A DNA stretch of 64,000 bases from Azolla caroliniana. Taxonomy: Eukaryota; Plantae; Polypodiophyta. This document shows positions 24,022-36,067 of this stretch, piece by piece (position 1 is the stretch's first letter; each line of letters opens with the position of its first letter). The DNA is taken from NCBI GenBank assembly GCA_043228905.1, contig JBHGNT010000016.1, forward strand, positions 6,138,001 to 6,202,000. Direction: 5' to 3'. Position numbers and translations under genes: made by a program. Below the pieces are notes generated by a model, which worked only from the letters and a program-made list of their open reading frames with translations, had not been told where the DNA came from and searched no databases.

Positions 24022-27000
24022 TCAAACCGACTCGGCTACCTCCGATCGGTCTTCACTCTCGTCCAAGTTGGCTGTCTCCAACTCGTCTTCGGTCTTCTCG
24101 CCCTCGATGGCATCATCTCCCCTATGCGTGGTTGGCTTCGGCTCTCTCCTTCGGCTGCTCCCCTTCTGTCCGCTTCCGAACTTTTCCGCGGGTCCGCCCT
24201 CGGCTTCTTCAGCCGATCCGAAGTCGAACTCGACAACCGAGTAAACCGACTCGGTGGTGTCGCGGTCTCCGCTCCTTTCCTGTTGTCTTGCTTGGTCGTT
24301 TGGGACTGTTCTTCCCCTCAAGTTCGGCATGTCGAGGTGACGCAACCCGAACGCACCCGAGAACTGCTGCAACTTGTCCAGACCAAGAGGCTTGGTGAAG
24401 ATGTCGGCAAACTGCCGATCCGTGGGCACATATTGAAGTTCGACTTCACCGGAAAGGACACGCTCACGGACGAAATGGTAGTGCACCTCAATGTGCTTGG
24501 TCCGTGCGTGGAAGACGGGGTTCTTCGCGAGTTGGATGCTGCTGAGGTTGTCGTAATAGGTCGTCGTTGGATCGGACATCTCCTCTTGCAGGTCCTTAAG
24601 TAGCCGTTTCAACCATATGGTTTTGCATGTCACGACAGTTGCTCCTCGGTACTCCGCTTCGGTGCTCGACAGTGCAACTGTCGGTTGCTTCTTACTGTGC
24701 CACGCTATCGCGGCACTCCCGAGGGAGAACGCGTATCTAGACGTGGATCGGCGATCGGCGGCGTTGCCAGCCCAATCAGCATCGGTGTAGCCGACTAACT
24801 GCGCGGCTGCACCGGTCCGATATAGCAGTCCCCAGTCCTTAGTGCCGTTGACATACCGAAGTATGCGTTGCGCACACTGAAGGTGCTCCTCGGTAGGTCG
24901 CGCCATGAACTGACTGATCACCCCGACCGAATAACTAAGGTCGGGTCGGGTGATGGTCAAGTATATGAGGCTTCCGACAATTTGTCGGAACCTCGTCGGG
25001 TCGCATACCTTTCCCGTATCGGGACGAAGCTTGACGGTTCTGTCCAGAGGAGTCGAGACAGACTTACAGTCGGCGATCCCGAGCTTGAAGAGCATACTCA
25101 GCACGTAATGACGTTGGCTGATCAATATGCCTTCGGGGGTACGGATCACTTCGATCCCGAGGAAGTAATGAAGGTCCCCCAGATCCTTCATGTCGAACGA
25201 TGCCGCAAGCTGGAGCTTCACGCGGTCGATTTCACCAAGGTCGGCGCCAGTGATGACCAAGTCATCAACATATAGTAAAATACTAACCGGTCCGAGTCGA
25301 CCTTTCCGGATGAACAGGGAAGAGTCCGATTTTGACGTGACGAAACCCATCCGACGCAGTTGTTGCGTGATCTTCGCGTTCCAGGCACACGGGGCTTGCT
25401 TCAGTCCGTAAAGGGACTTCTTCAGTTGGCATACTGCCGAGGAGTTCATTCCAGAGTGAAATCCGGGGGGTTGTACCATGTACACCTGTTCCTCAAGGTC
25501 ACCTTGCAGGAACGCGTTCTTTACATCCATCTAATGTAAGTGCCACCCCTTCGCCGCAGCTACGGCGAGCAAAACACAGACGGTCGTCATTTTCGCGACC
25601 GGCGCAAACGTCTCATCGTAGTCGATGCCGTGTTTTTGCACATAGCCCTTTGCCACTAGCCGAGCCTTGTACCGGTTGACCGAGCCATCGGTGTTGTACT
25701 TGACCTTGTACACCCACCTACACCCGATCGGCTTCACACCCTTCGGTGCATCAACCAGGTCCCAAGTCTTGTTCTCCGCCAATGCGTGCATCTCTTCCTC
25801 CATCACGGCACGCCAATTCGCGTCTTTAGCTGCTTCTGCGTAGCTCTCCGGCTCACGCACTTCCGCCACACGGGTCATGTACGCATAATGATGCGCCATG
25901 TACTCGTTGTATCCGAACCGCACAACTGGGTTCTTTTGGCGGGTAGATCAGCGTAATCTCACATTAGCCGATGTCGAGGCCTTCTCGGCCGACGTGGTCT
26001 TCATCTTTAAAGACCCGTCACCGGTTCCCTCGGAGTCGGACTCGCGTCGGTCTGACTCGTTCCTTTCCGTGCCGGAATCCGACACCTTCTTCTTCCCTTT
26101 CTCTTTGCGCGTAAGCCGTCTCCTCGACTTCCTGCGCGGGGAATGCACGGCCGAGTCTCCACTACTCGCCAGCTCTTCATCGGACTGGTCATACCGACTT
26201 AGTCGTCCAATCAGTCCACTTAACCGGAGTGAAATCGGACTCTCTTCGCGGGTCTCGATTTCGGGCTCATCCGGAGGCATCTCGGCCTCGCTGACCTCAT
26301 CGTCAGAGCTCGGATTGGAGTCGAGGTTCATAGTCGGGGGTAGGTACCAGGACGCGGACTCGTCAAACACAACGTCGCGACTGACATGCTGTCGTGAAGA
26401 ATGTGCTTCACGATATAAAAATGAGCTTAAATGTTGTATTTAATAATATTTGAGAGACTTGAACCCATATCCTTATATACGATGTACAATGTACATACCA
26501 CTAGGCTAGGCTATTTATTTGTAAAAGTGTGTAATAAATGTGCTTCATGATATAAGAATGAAGCTATATATTGTATTAAGTAAAATTGAGGGACTTGAAC
26601 CCTCAACCTTGTATACCAAGCACCAAGCATACACCACTAAGCTAGGTTAGTTATTTTAGAATACATTTTCATCATTATAATTATCTCATATCTATTTTCA
26701 TACATAGCCATCATTCATCACATGCAATGCATGTGCGCCAAATGGCAATCATGCATTACATGTAACTCATGCATTGCATGCATGCCATGCTCCCATACAT
26801 TACCATATGCATGGCAACACTTATATAAAGAGGGGAAAGGGAAAACAAGGAGGGGAATCAAGAGAAAGTTAGAGAAATAAGATAATAATAAAAACAAACA
26901 AGTTAGCTTGTTGGTGAAGAGGCTCGTGTTTCCAAGTTGGAGTCAAGAGTTCGAATCAAGGGTCGGTAGAGAAAGGGTTCATCTTGCTACCAAACATTGT

Positions 27001-29504
27001 AAAGTTGGTAAAATCTTGTATTCGTAATACACATCATGTTCATATCATATACTTTTTTGTCTTAAATCATACATTGTCTCTATCTTGTGTCTTGAATCAT
27101 ACATTGCCTCTATCTTTTATCTATACTAGTCTCTCTCTCACACATATTACTTTAAACTATTATTCTTCATATCCTTTATCTTCCTAACATTTGCGCGCAA
27201 GCCTTATAAAAGTTCCTTCAACTCCCCCTTAACCTTAGTCCCTGCGACTTCGCCGCACGAACCACAACTACCCCAACAACGCGCTTGTTTGGTGCAAGGG
27301 TTATAGCACTTATAACCCTTCTGCTCGTCCGAGTAACCGACCAAGATGCATTTCTCGGCCTTTGCGTCCATCTTCCTCCTTTTCTCCTTCGGTATATGCA
27401 CATACGCGATGCTACCAAACACCCTCAAGTGTCGTAGATTCGGCTTCGTTCCGAAATATAGCTCGTGCGCCGACACTTTGTCTCCGATCTGGTTCTGGAT
27501 GTATACCGCGGTCCTTACCGCCTCGGCCCAGTAGAACTTGGGCAAGCTCTTCTCCTCCAGCATTGCCCGTGCCGTTTCCACAATCGACCGATTCTTCCTC
27601 TCGGCCACGCCGTTCTGCTCTGGCGTGTATCTACAACTGAATTCGCACCGAAATCCCATTTGTTGTAGATAACCGTTGAATTGACCGGAAAAGTACTCTT
27701 TCCCCCCATCCGATTGCAGGCACTTGATCTTTCGTCCCGTTTTGGCTTCCACGAACCCTTTGAGGTCCCGGAAACAGTCGAAGACTTCGCTCTTCCTCTC
27801 AATGAGGTAGATCCACGTGTGCCGCGTGTGGTCGTCGATGAAGGAGACGAAATATCGGCTCCCGCCAAGACTAACGTTTTGTGTCGGCCCCCACACATCG
27901 GAGTGTACAAGGTCGAGCTTGTTCCGGCTCCAATTTCGCTCATTGGGGAAGGGAAGTCGGTGTTGCTTCCCGAGCTGGCAGGCTTCACAAATTTGTGCCT
28001 TTCGGCCACTAAACTTAAGCAATCCGAACACTACCTGTTTCGATTGCAGATCTTGAAGCCGTTGGTGGTTGACGTGGCCTATCCGCTTGTGCCACAAGTC
28101 AATGTCCGACTCGGCTTTTTGTACCTTTGCGAACATTGCGGTGCCACCGTCAGTGGAATCGAGGATGAACATCCTCCCGTCTCTGCGCCCTTGCGCAATC
28201 ACACGGCCTTCTTCCTCAATGAAGCACCTGAGGTGTGTAAACCGAACCTCCATTCCTTGGTCGACGATCTGTCCGACCGAGACCAAGTTTTTCGTGATTG
28301 TCGGAACGTGCATCACGTTCATGAGTTTCCCTTTCTACCCGACATGGCTAAGGGGAACTTCTCCGACATTCGCGATCGGATGCGGAGTGTCGTCTCCTGT
28401 TGTGACTACTCCAGGTTGTATCGGTTTTTCAAGGTACGAGAACCACTCCTTATGGCTCGTCATGTGGTTTGACGCACCGGAGTCTACGTACCACACCTCG
28501 TCCGATCTCGGGGTGCTCTGTTTCATTGAGTTTGCTTCGTGTCTCGTCACGAAGACAGACCCTTCTCCGGCTCTCCCGGAGTCTTCGGCGTAGTGCGATC
28601 GCTGCCGGTTTCCCTTGTCGGTATGTCTGGAGCCGTTTCCGAAACCAATTCTCTCCGAGTCGGCATGCTTCTTCCAGCACTCGCTTTCCCTGTGGCCTTT
28701 CTTGCCACAGTACCAGCACTCCGCGATGGCCTTCCCTTGTCGGTTCTCATCGCTTCGACTCCCCCTGTTTCCGGAGTGTCCGGAGTTGCTGTCGGCATCA
28801 CTTCGGTGCCTTCTTCCTTGATCTCGTCGGCCGCCTTCATTGCGCCCCGACTCGCCTCGTCCTCCACGTCCACGAGGCCTATCTCCCTCTGTGTACAGCA
28901 TTCTGCTGTCGGCGTGCGTGCTTGTAGACGCACCCGCGTGGTTCTCCTCTACCAGGAGCATCGACTGTAAGTCGAAAAAGGACGGCGTATTCTCCCGGGT
29001 ACACACAACCGTTCGGAACGCTCCGAACTTCGACGCCAAACCTCTGAGACAGATCTGGACCATCTCGCTCTCCTCGATGTTCACCTCTATGGAGGCGAGG
29101 GAGTCGTAGATATCCTTGATCTTCGAGGTATAGTCCGCCACCGACAAATCGCGTTGTCGTAGGTTGCTCAACTCCTGTCGAAGCTGAAGCTTCCTGGCTG
29201 TGGTGCTCGCGGCGAAAATCTTTTTCAGATTTTCCCACGCACCCTTCGGCGTCTTTGCATCCCGAACATAGCTCAACAGTTGTTCGCCCACACATGACGC
29301 GAAGCAGTATAATACCCTGCTCGTCGATTGCTCCCACGACGGAAAGTCTCTGTGTGTCGATTCGGGTGCCGCGTCATTAGCTCCTTCGACATAACTCCAG
29401 TAACCGTGTCCGAGCAGGTACTGGTGCATCTTGTAGGACCAAGACGCGTAGTTGGTTATGTCGAGCTTCTCTGATGGAAGCGAGCTCGCCATGCCTCTAT
29501 CCAT
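24022..29504 (-). pseudogene. Copia gag-PR-INT-RT-RNase H polyprotein with premature stops and an insertion
   Basis: Gag with CWYCGKKGHRESEC, WYVDSGASNH protease, GAG-pre-integrase, HSDVWGP integrase, [27 protein letters not shown] RNase H. Stops at 28335 and 25531; split at 26390-27278. Confidence 0.93.
26390..27278 (+). mobile_element. Solo LTR (889 bp) with 4-bp TSD, inserted at the end of the Copia integrase
   Basis: TGTCGTG...CAACA ends, flanks ATGC/ACGC. Removing it restores TKQARVSRDVVFDE. TATATAAAGAGGGG at about 26822; ~135-bp internal duplication in U3. Confidence 0.85.
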
Positions 29505-29963
29505 CGTTCTTCTTGTTCTTCTTCGTCAAGCTGTGTCGGTTGCAGAGAGGTTCTCAACCCTCGCGCTCTGATACCATGTAGAAAATAGCGTGCGGAAGCA
29601 AGTATGAAGACAGAACAGAGGAAGGAAACTCAGGTTCAATGGAGAGCTTGGGCTTACACGATATACGCGGGAGAGACAGAGAGAGAAACACAAAAAACTC
29701 TATATTCAATAATAATACTCAGTCTGTACATAAGACGTGCTCAGTGAACACTTTTATACAAGTCCTGGAAGGACTGACTGAAGTACTGACAGTACTTCAA
29801 TGCTCATTAAGAGCTCCTACACTAACTCCCAAATATATTCCTCACGGAATATCTTTCCTAACGATCTCCCGGTTTACGCACTCGGCCTAACCGATCGGTC
29901 CCAACCGATCCGGTCCTCAGCTTCTTCAACCGATCCGGCCGATGTTGAGCTTGTCTCTCAACA

Positions 29964-30200
29964 ACTACCAATCCAATCAATCAATTGAACATTTGTAACA
30001 TCAATGCCCAATGGATAACCCAAATGTCAATAAATTGAACCTCGTGTAATCACAGACCCTCGCCATCCCAAACATTCCAAATCACTCTCCATACAAGAAA
30101 TAAGGCGAGACTTCCTCCAATTTATGCACAACCTTGAAGCCAAACCAAATTGATCCCAAACTTGCATACTCCTTTTAAGATTCATATTGTCAAATTTTCA
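29964..30200 (-). mobile_element. Upstream part of the L1-type LINE split by the Copia element
   Basis: Minus-strand translation gives GLASRLCINWRKSRL...HLGYPLGIDV, the C-terminal end of a LINE RT. Confidence 0.65.
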
Positions 30201-31309
30201 AATAAATTGTTTCAATTCTACAATAACTATTTGTATTTTCTTGCAACAATTTATGCCAAAGTTATTAACCATTTTCATAAACTTGGACATTGATTGAAAA
30301 CAAAGTAATAATTGTAGTGCTAAGGAAAGGGGCAAAGGAATAAGGAAAAGGACAAAAGAATAAAGAGACATTTGACATAATGTGAGAAGGCCCAAGGGCA
30401 TTGTAAAAGCTAAGTTGTTTGATCTTTTCTTGACATATAATAAACTTGAGCTAGAGTTTAAGTTTCTCTTAATACCGCAATCTCTCAATGGTTATAGCCA
30501 TAACTGTTTAAGTTAATCTTACTTAAGGCCCAAATTTTCCTTTCTTAATATTGTAACATCTTAGTGGTTATATTATAACTATTTAGCTCAATCGTACGTA
30601 AGCCCCAAACCTTAAGTGTTTGGGTTGGTGGTTGTAACTCTTAAAGAGTATACTTCACTTCTTCAATGAGTGCCTTGTATGTTGTTACCTCATTTATTCA
30701 CTTTCCTTGTTTATTGGGTTAATCATATTAACACTAATACCTAATTAATTAAGCATGTTTAGTCAAGTTTAGGCTTCATGAGTGTGTATTGTTTCAAGTT
30801 TAAGTTTAGAGTTTGTTTGGTTGTTTTTATCAATATTCACTAGTAAGCTTAAGAGTTGATTGACACCCACCCTATTTGTCTCACCAATAATAGAGTCTTG
30901 TATATTCCATATATGCTTATGATGCAACATTTATCTCAAGTGGAGAACTTTCAACGGGGACTCCATCAAGCAAACCACCACATATTCTTGCTCAAGGATA
31001 CAAATTCCAGTGCATTGGGTAAAGGGTCCTTTAGGAGTGTTTGGGACCATATTCCACCTTGATCATCAAGTGTGAGTCTGAAAGGGATCATACATACTAT
31101 GTTTATGATAGGCATGTAAACCTTGGTAAATTGTATGCTTTACATGGTCATAGGCATCTCCATATCTCATAAATTGAGGAATCAACTTGTTTATTCGTGC
31201 AACCTTACCATTGACATTTTTTTGTCTTTGCATGGGCATTATTGATAGTCTCTCCCTCTCCATTAGGAATACTAACTATGCTCAATATTGATTGTCTCTC
31301 CCATAGTTA

Positions 31310-32100
31310 GTGAGGGGAGTGTTCCACTATCTCACATAGTACATGGAACAAAATTGGGAAAATCCAAAAATTGTTCTTACATAGAATATTAGGGGTAAAA
31401 TCCTCCACATCCTATCATGTCATGAATTTGGAAACAAGTGCCTAACTATGCAAATCGCATACAAGTATATCACAAAAGTCAAGAACATGTTTGATTATGT
31501 ATTGCCAAAACAAGTTGGAATATAAGATGTACGGTACAAAAAATAGAAATAAGAGAAAAATCCTCTCATCTGGTTGGGTGCATGATATTGTGAAATGTTT
31601 CAAAAGATGGGAATTGATAGATATATCAGAGCTCTAAGGTGATGTTATGAAGTATGTGATCTTCAACGATAGATTAATAGGGGCACTAAGGATGAAGTGG
31701 CAAGATGCTAAAATGTCAAAATTGGAATATTACATTGCAAATATTAACCCTACATATTGGCCCCAATACAAGGTAAAAATGCTAAATGTGCCCTCATAAG
31801 TTGCAAGTTTCCAGGCCTTTGGCAAGATGCGGTGTATCTAACTACATCTTACTACCCTCATCAGTCTTGGCTCTCGAAGGGCCTTAACACTTCATTGAAT
31901 TCACTCATATAGTTAGTCATTGAGGTAGCATCATGGCACCACCGCCCTTGTATAAAGACATCCAAGGTGGGCAATGAAAACCCAGCGGAGGATGAATATC
32001 ACTTCTTGCATGATCAACACATAAGGCAAATCACAAGAAGTAAGATGACTTGTTAGACGGTCATATGATAATTGAAGTTTCATATTCAAAACAATCATGA
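31310..32100 (+). mobile_element. Highly degenerate RTEX-like LINE 3' fragment
   Basis: Similar to 21300-21670 (GAAAATCCAAAA, TTGGAAACAAGT, CTCTCATCTGGTTGGGT) and carries the EDEYHFL motif at about 31988. Confidence 0.6.
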
Positions 32101-33449
32101 TAAGTGAAGTTTCATATTCAAATCCCCATCAAGAATGGCGTGTACATCTATGTTAAGTTCCGTTGCACGTAGGATGACCCATAAAGGCACTGACGTTGAT
32201 GTGGATAGTAAACTTAGTGTAATACTATGAAAAAGGTGATAGAACAAAATTGTTTCTAGAGGTTTAAGCCAAATGGCCACACTAATGTGAAAAGGGACAA
32301 GCCCAAGTTTGTAAAAAAGCTTTAAACATCACTTTTAAAAAGTTGCAAAAGTCACATTTTAATGACTTTTTTGCACTTCTTGATTTTTGAGTTTTCTCTC
32401 TCCTCATAATGTACAGTATAACACGCTCTCTCCCCATCATTTTCTCATTTAATTGTTTTGGTTCAACTGATTAGGGTTAAGTGGCCATTTAGCCAAACCC
32501 TAATTACTTTTGCTCTTGTATGTGTGTGTTGACTCCCTTATTTAATTGAGGTGTTGTTAGTGCAACTACATGCAATTTCTTTCTCATATTCGTGCATGTG
32601 TGCACTTAATGCCTAAGCCTTTATGAGGTATTAGCTAATATCTTACTTATGGTTGTCTTAGTAAGGGCGAGTGATTGTTCAATAGTTCATAGTAATCATA
32701 GCTAGCAGCTCAAGAGTGATTGACAACCTCTCTCGTTTGGTTCCTCACTATTAGTGTGTATACGGCTTGCTAAACACCTTGGAATGGAGGCAAAACTTTG
32801 CTGATTTGAAGACATGCATTCAACATGAACACCTAGAGTCGATGCAATATGTGCACACATTATTTTATATACAAAGTTTTTACTACAAAGTAGTAACCCC
32901 GTTTTTCACAAAGTCACAAGATGATATGTTTATTTGATTCCATAAGTCAAATTTGGTTTCCTTGTGAACAATCAAAAATCAATTCTATATTCTTTCACTC
33001 TCATGCATGGTACAAATTTAGTGTCATGATACCAAGTTTTGAGGAGGCAGTATTTAGTCAACTCATGGAATATACTAGATAAAATTCAGAATATATATAT
33101 AGTCATTTAAGAATTAAGATCGTAACCAAATGCTCATTAACGATCCCGAAAACTCGAAGAAGACAAATGGAGGTATATATCCTTCAAAGAGGTATATACA
33201 CTTGCTAGGCGTGTATCTCAAAATATTGGCACTCATCTCCCTCCCTCTCTCTCGCTCTCTCTCTCTCATTTCCTTAATAACCGCTCTACGTACTAAAAAT
33301 ACATTTGGCATGCACCGCTAATTGTCCTTGAATGGGCAGCTAGTTGTACCAAGAGCACATGTTGCGCATCTTCTCTTTTCGCCACCATCTCATTGGCATT
33401 AATCATTGTCAATTCATTATTTCCCTCCAACCATCTTTAATGGATATCA

Positions 33450-33880
33450 GACCGTCAAACACATCATTCGCAACAGGTCACCATTAACATTTAAGCTATC
33501 CCTCATTGTTTTCTTAACCTATGCTTTGTTTTTTTTCTTCCAATAACCATCCAGACTTTCAAGCTTTTTGTAAAAGATCCCTTTATCACATTGTTCTTTC
33601 TTCACAAATGCCAAAACACAACATTGTCATGCATTACGAGATGACAGGCAGGTTGTGCTACTTTGGTGAGATCTCCAAAGTTTTCATACATATCAACCAA
33701 GGTGCAACCAACAAAGAGTTCTTTTCCAAAGCTTTATATAATTGTATCAGCATGTATTTCACTGCATCTTTGAATACATTGCAGCTTGACAAAATGATTC
33801 GAGTAAGGTTTCAAAAGTATGTGGAGAAGTGGGCACAAAAGTTTCTCTCATCTTTTTATCCATGTAGCTAGCATACACTT
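33450..33880 (-). pseudogene. Decayed copy of part of the PPR gene at 57346-60012
   Basis: Matches 59280-59600 at nucleotide level, e.g. CAAAAGTATGTGGAGAAGTGGGCACA, CATATCAACCAAGGTGC and CAGCATGTATTTC, with indels. Confidence 0.75.
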
Positions 33881-34867
33881 GCACTTTTTCATTTGAGTTC
33901 TTACATCTCGTTTTGTTCTTACATTTTAAAATGCCCCATCTACACAACTATGGAGTACTTTTGTGGCACCTGAAATTCTTTTTAAAGAGGATCTTCAACT
34001 ATTCGTTCACACTGTGCAGAACAGTGAGCATGCTAAGTAATAAGCTACCATCGGGAGACAAGACACCTGGTCTAGTCTTTGGGTCTGAGGCTCACGGCAA
34101 CCAAAATTCTTTTTAAAGAGGGTCTTCAACTATTCTTTCACATTTTGTAGAAAGATGAGCATGCTCAATACATGGGGACTCAAATGACAACATGGGGGAT
34201 ATTTCTATTGCATGCAGTTTCCTGTGAATGATTAATAATCTGTATATCTTGTCAACAACGAACTCAAACAACATCAGAACCAAAAAAAATTCATGGTCAC
34301 TTCTTTGGAATGCTGCATACCTTCATTTGGTATAAATTTCAAGAATCTACAACAAACACTATCCATTATTTACACAATCAACTACAAGGATGTGGTCCAT
34401 AGTGATCAAAGTGCTAGGAACATCATTCATAATAGCCAATACTCTTTATGATTCAACAATAACTCCATGTGTGGCAATCATTTCTCTTTCATTTTCACAT
34501 GATTTTATTCATATGATCAAGATTGTATGAACAAGTAAGATGTGAACCAACCTTAAAACCATGTAGGATGATGATGTACAAGTTACTTCAAATGGTTGAT
34601 ATATAAACACACATATGTAAGTGGCATTGTTCCTAATAGTGAGCAGTCACTTTAATGCATAAACATAATATTTAAACAACTCAGCTTTGAGAGCATGCTA
34701 GTTATGTATACCATTGTATCTTTACACCCTCTTAATTTGACCATTATATGGTCAATGTTTACAAATTCTGGCCAAAATAAATAGTGCATGTATTCTATCA
34801 TAATTTGTACAACCAGGTGTCAAATCATTGAATTAGAGTAACCGACACACATCTCTCAGCCTTTCTA

Positions 34868-35749
34868 TTATGGTAGTTTTTTCAAGAAATTGGAGAACTT
34901 TCGGAGAGGGTCAAACATGAGGAGCTGAAAGAAAAGCAGATTAAATGCAGTCACTGTCCACAAGGGAGGCGACCCCATCAAGAAAGGCTTCCGTTTCCGG
35001 GCTTTCCGGTAGAATTCTTTTCTTTCCATTTCAGACTCAAAACTCTCAGGTGGCCATTGGAGGCCGTTAGCGAGGAAAGGGGCCCGAGGGACATGCCATG
35101 GCATCTTGTTCTTCCATGATGTGGAATGGCGCCGCCGGATGAAAGTATAATGAAGCAAAGATTTGATGAAGTCTCGAACATCATCAATGTCTAGGAGACG
35201 ATTGTCGGGTATATTTTCATTCATATGGGGAATGCTAGAGGGGGCAGTGGAAAGGGAAGAAGACAATGAATTCCCTTGTTGTTCACAGGGGGTGTGTGTT
35301 GAAAGGGGGATATATCCACCCTCTGAGCTCGAAGAGCCCATGGTTCCTATGCCAAACACACCAGAAGAAACATGTCTCACATGGCCATCATTCTGTCCAG
35401 ATTGATGAATGTCATGATGTCCATGCTGATGGCCATGTGGTCCATGATGTCCATCATGGCTATGGCAAGATGGGGGGTTCAATTTTGATCTGATGAAAGC
35501 CCTTACATCCTCGATGTCCAATAGAGGCTTTGGGGGTAATCGATCTCTCTCCTTATTATTCAAGATCCAGAATGAGAATGAGAATGAGGGTAGCTTGACC
35601 ATACCTTTCTGGGAGAACAGAGGAGGAAGGGGGACATGGGATGGTAGCTTCAGACTACCCTCTGCTCCATCAGACTTGAAAGGAGAAGCGTGTATCTGTT
35701 TTTGTATCCCCTGTGAGAAGCTCAGGGCAGCTGCTCGCAAATCCTCCAT
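34868..35749 (-). CDS. Hypothetical protein (293 aa), intronless, with a His-rich linker and duplicated LLDI(E/D)DVRxFIxS motif
   Basis: Long open frame with higher GC than its AT-rich flanks and an ATG start. No family recognised. Confidence 0.55.
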   Translation of the reverse strand: MEDLRAAALSFSQGIQKQIHASPFKSDGAEGSLKLPSHVPLPPLFSQKGMVKLPSFSFSFWILNNKERDRLPPKPLLDIEDVRAFIRSKLNPPSCHSHDGHHGPHGHQHGHHDIHQSGQNDGHVRHVSSGVFGIGTMGSSSSEGGYIPLSTHTPCEQQGNSLSSSLSTAPSSIPHMNENIPDNRLLDIDDVRDFIKSLLHYTFIRRRHSTSWKNKMPWHVPRAPFLANGLQWPPESFESEMERKEFYRKARKRKPFLMGSPPLWTVTAFNLLFFQLLMFDPLRKFSNFLKKLP

Positions 35750-35859
35750 AGCAGCCCTGCCCTGCCCTGCTCTGTTCTGTTACATTCTTCTTCCTTGTGT
35801 GGGGAGGTAATTTAGTATAAGCTAGAATACATATATATATATGTGTACATATATAGATA

Positions 35860-36067
35860 GATAGCTTCATAGGCTGCCCATTAGCTCCATTGGACACCCA
35901 TTAAGTCCATTGGACACCTACATGTTCAGGATCGGCCACAACTCATTAGCTCCATTGGGCACACCTTCATCTTCTTCTGGATCAGCCACAACACAAATAG
36001 CTTCATAGGCTGCCCATTGGCTCCATTTGACACCCATTAGCTCCATTGGACACACCTACATCTTCTT
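35860..36067. repeat. Short tandem/direct repeats upstream of the orphan ORF
   Basis: Several copies of CCCATTAGCTCCATTGGACA and two of ATAGCTTCATAGGCTGCCCATT. Confidence 0.75.

Larger units (their letters stand above)
23398..29963 (-). mobile_element. Full-length Ty1/Copia LTR retrotransposon (disabled), hosting a solo LTR
   Basis: 387-bp LTRs at 23398-23784 and 29577-29963 (about 8 differences by eye). TSD ACTAC. PBS TGGTATCAGAGC (tRNA-iMet, 29576-29565). PPT GAGGGGGAG. Confidence 0.95.

Noticed and set aside
27681-28970. Long antisense or alternative-frame ORFs inside GC-rich retroelements (also 17003-18421, 46860-47324)
   Set aside because: Shadow frames of GC-rich TE coding or leader sequence with no recognisable domains.
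30210-30900. Possible old LTR remnants (similar motif AAGAGT(T)GATTGACA at about 30851 and 32713; also 2390-2890)
   Set aside because: No clear termini, TSD or PBS could be set by eye, so not annotated.
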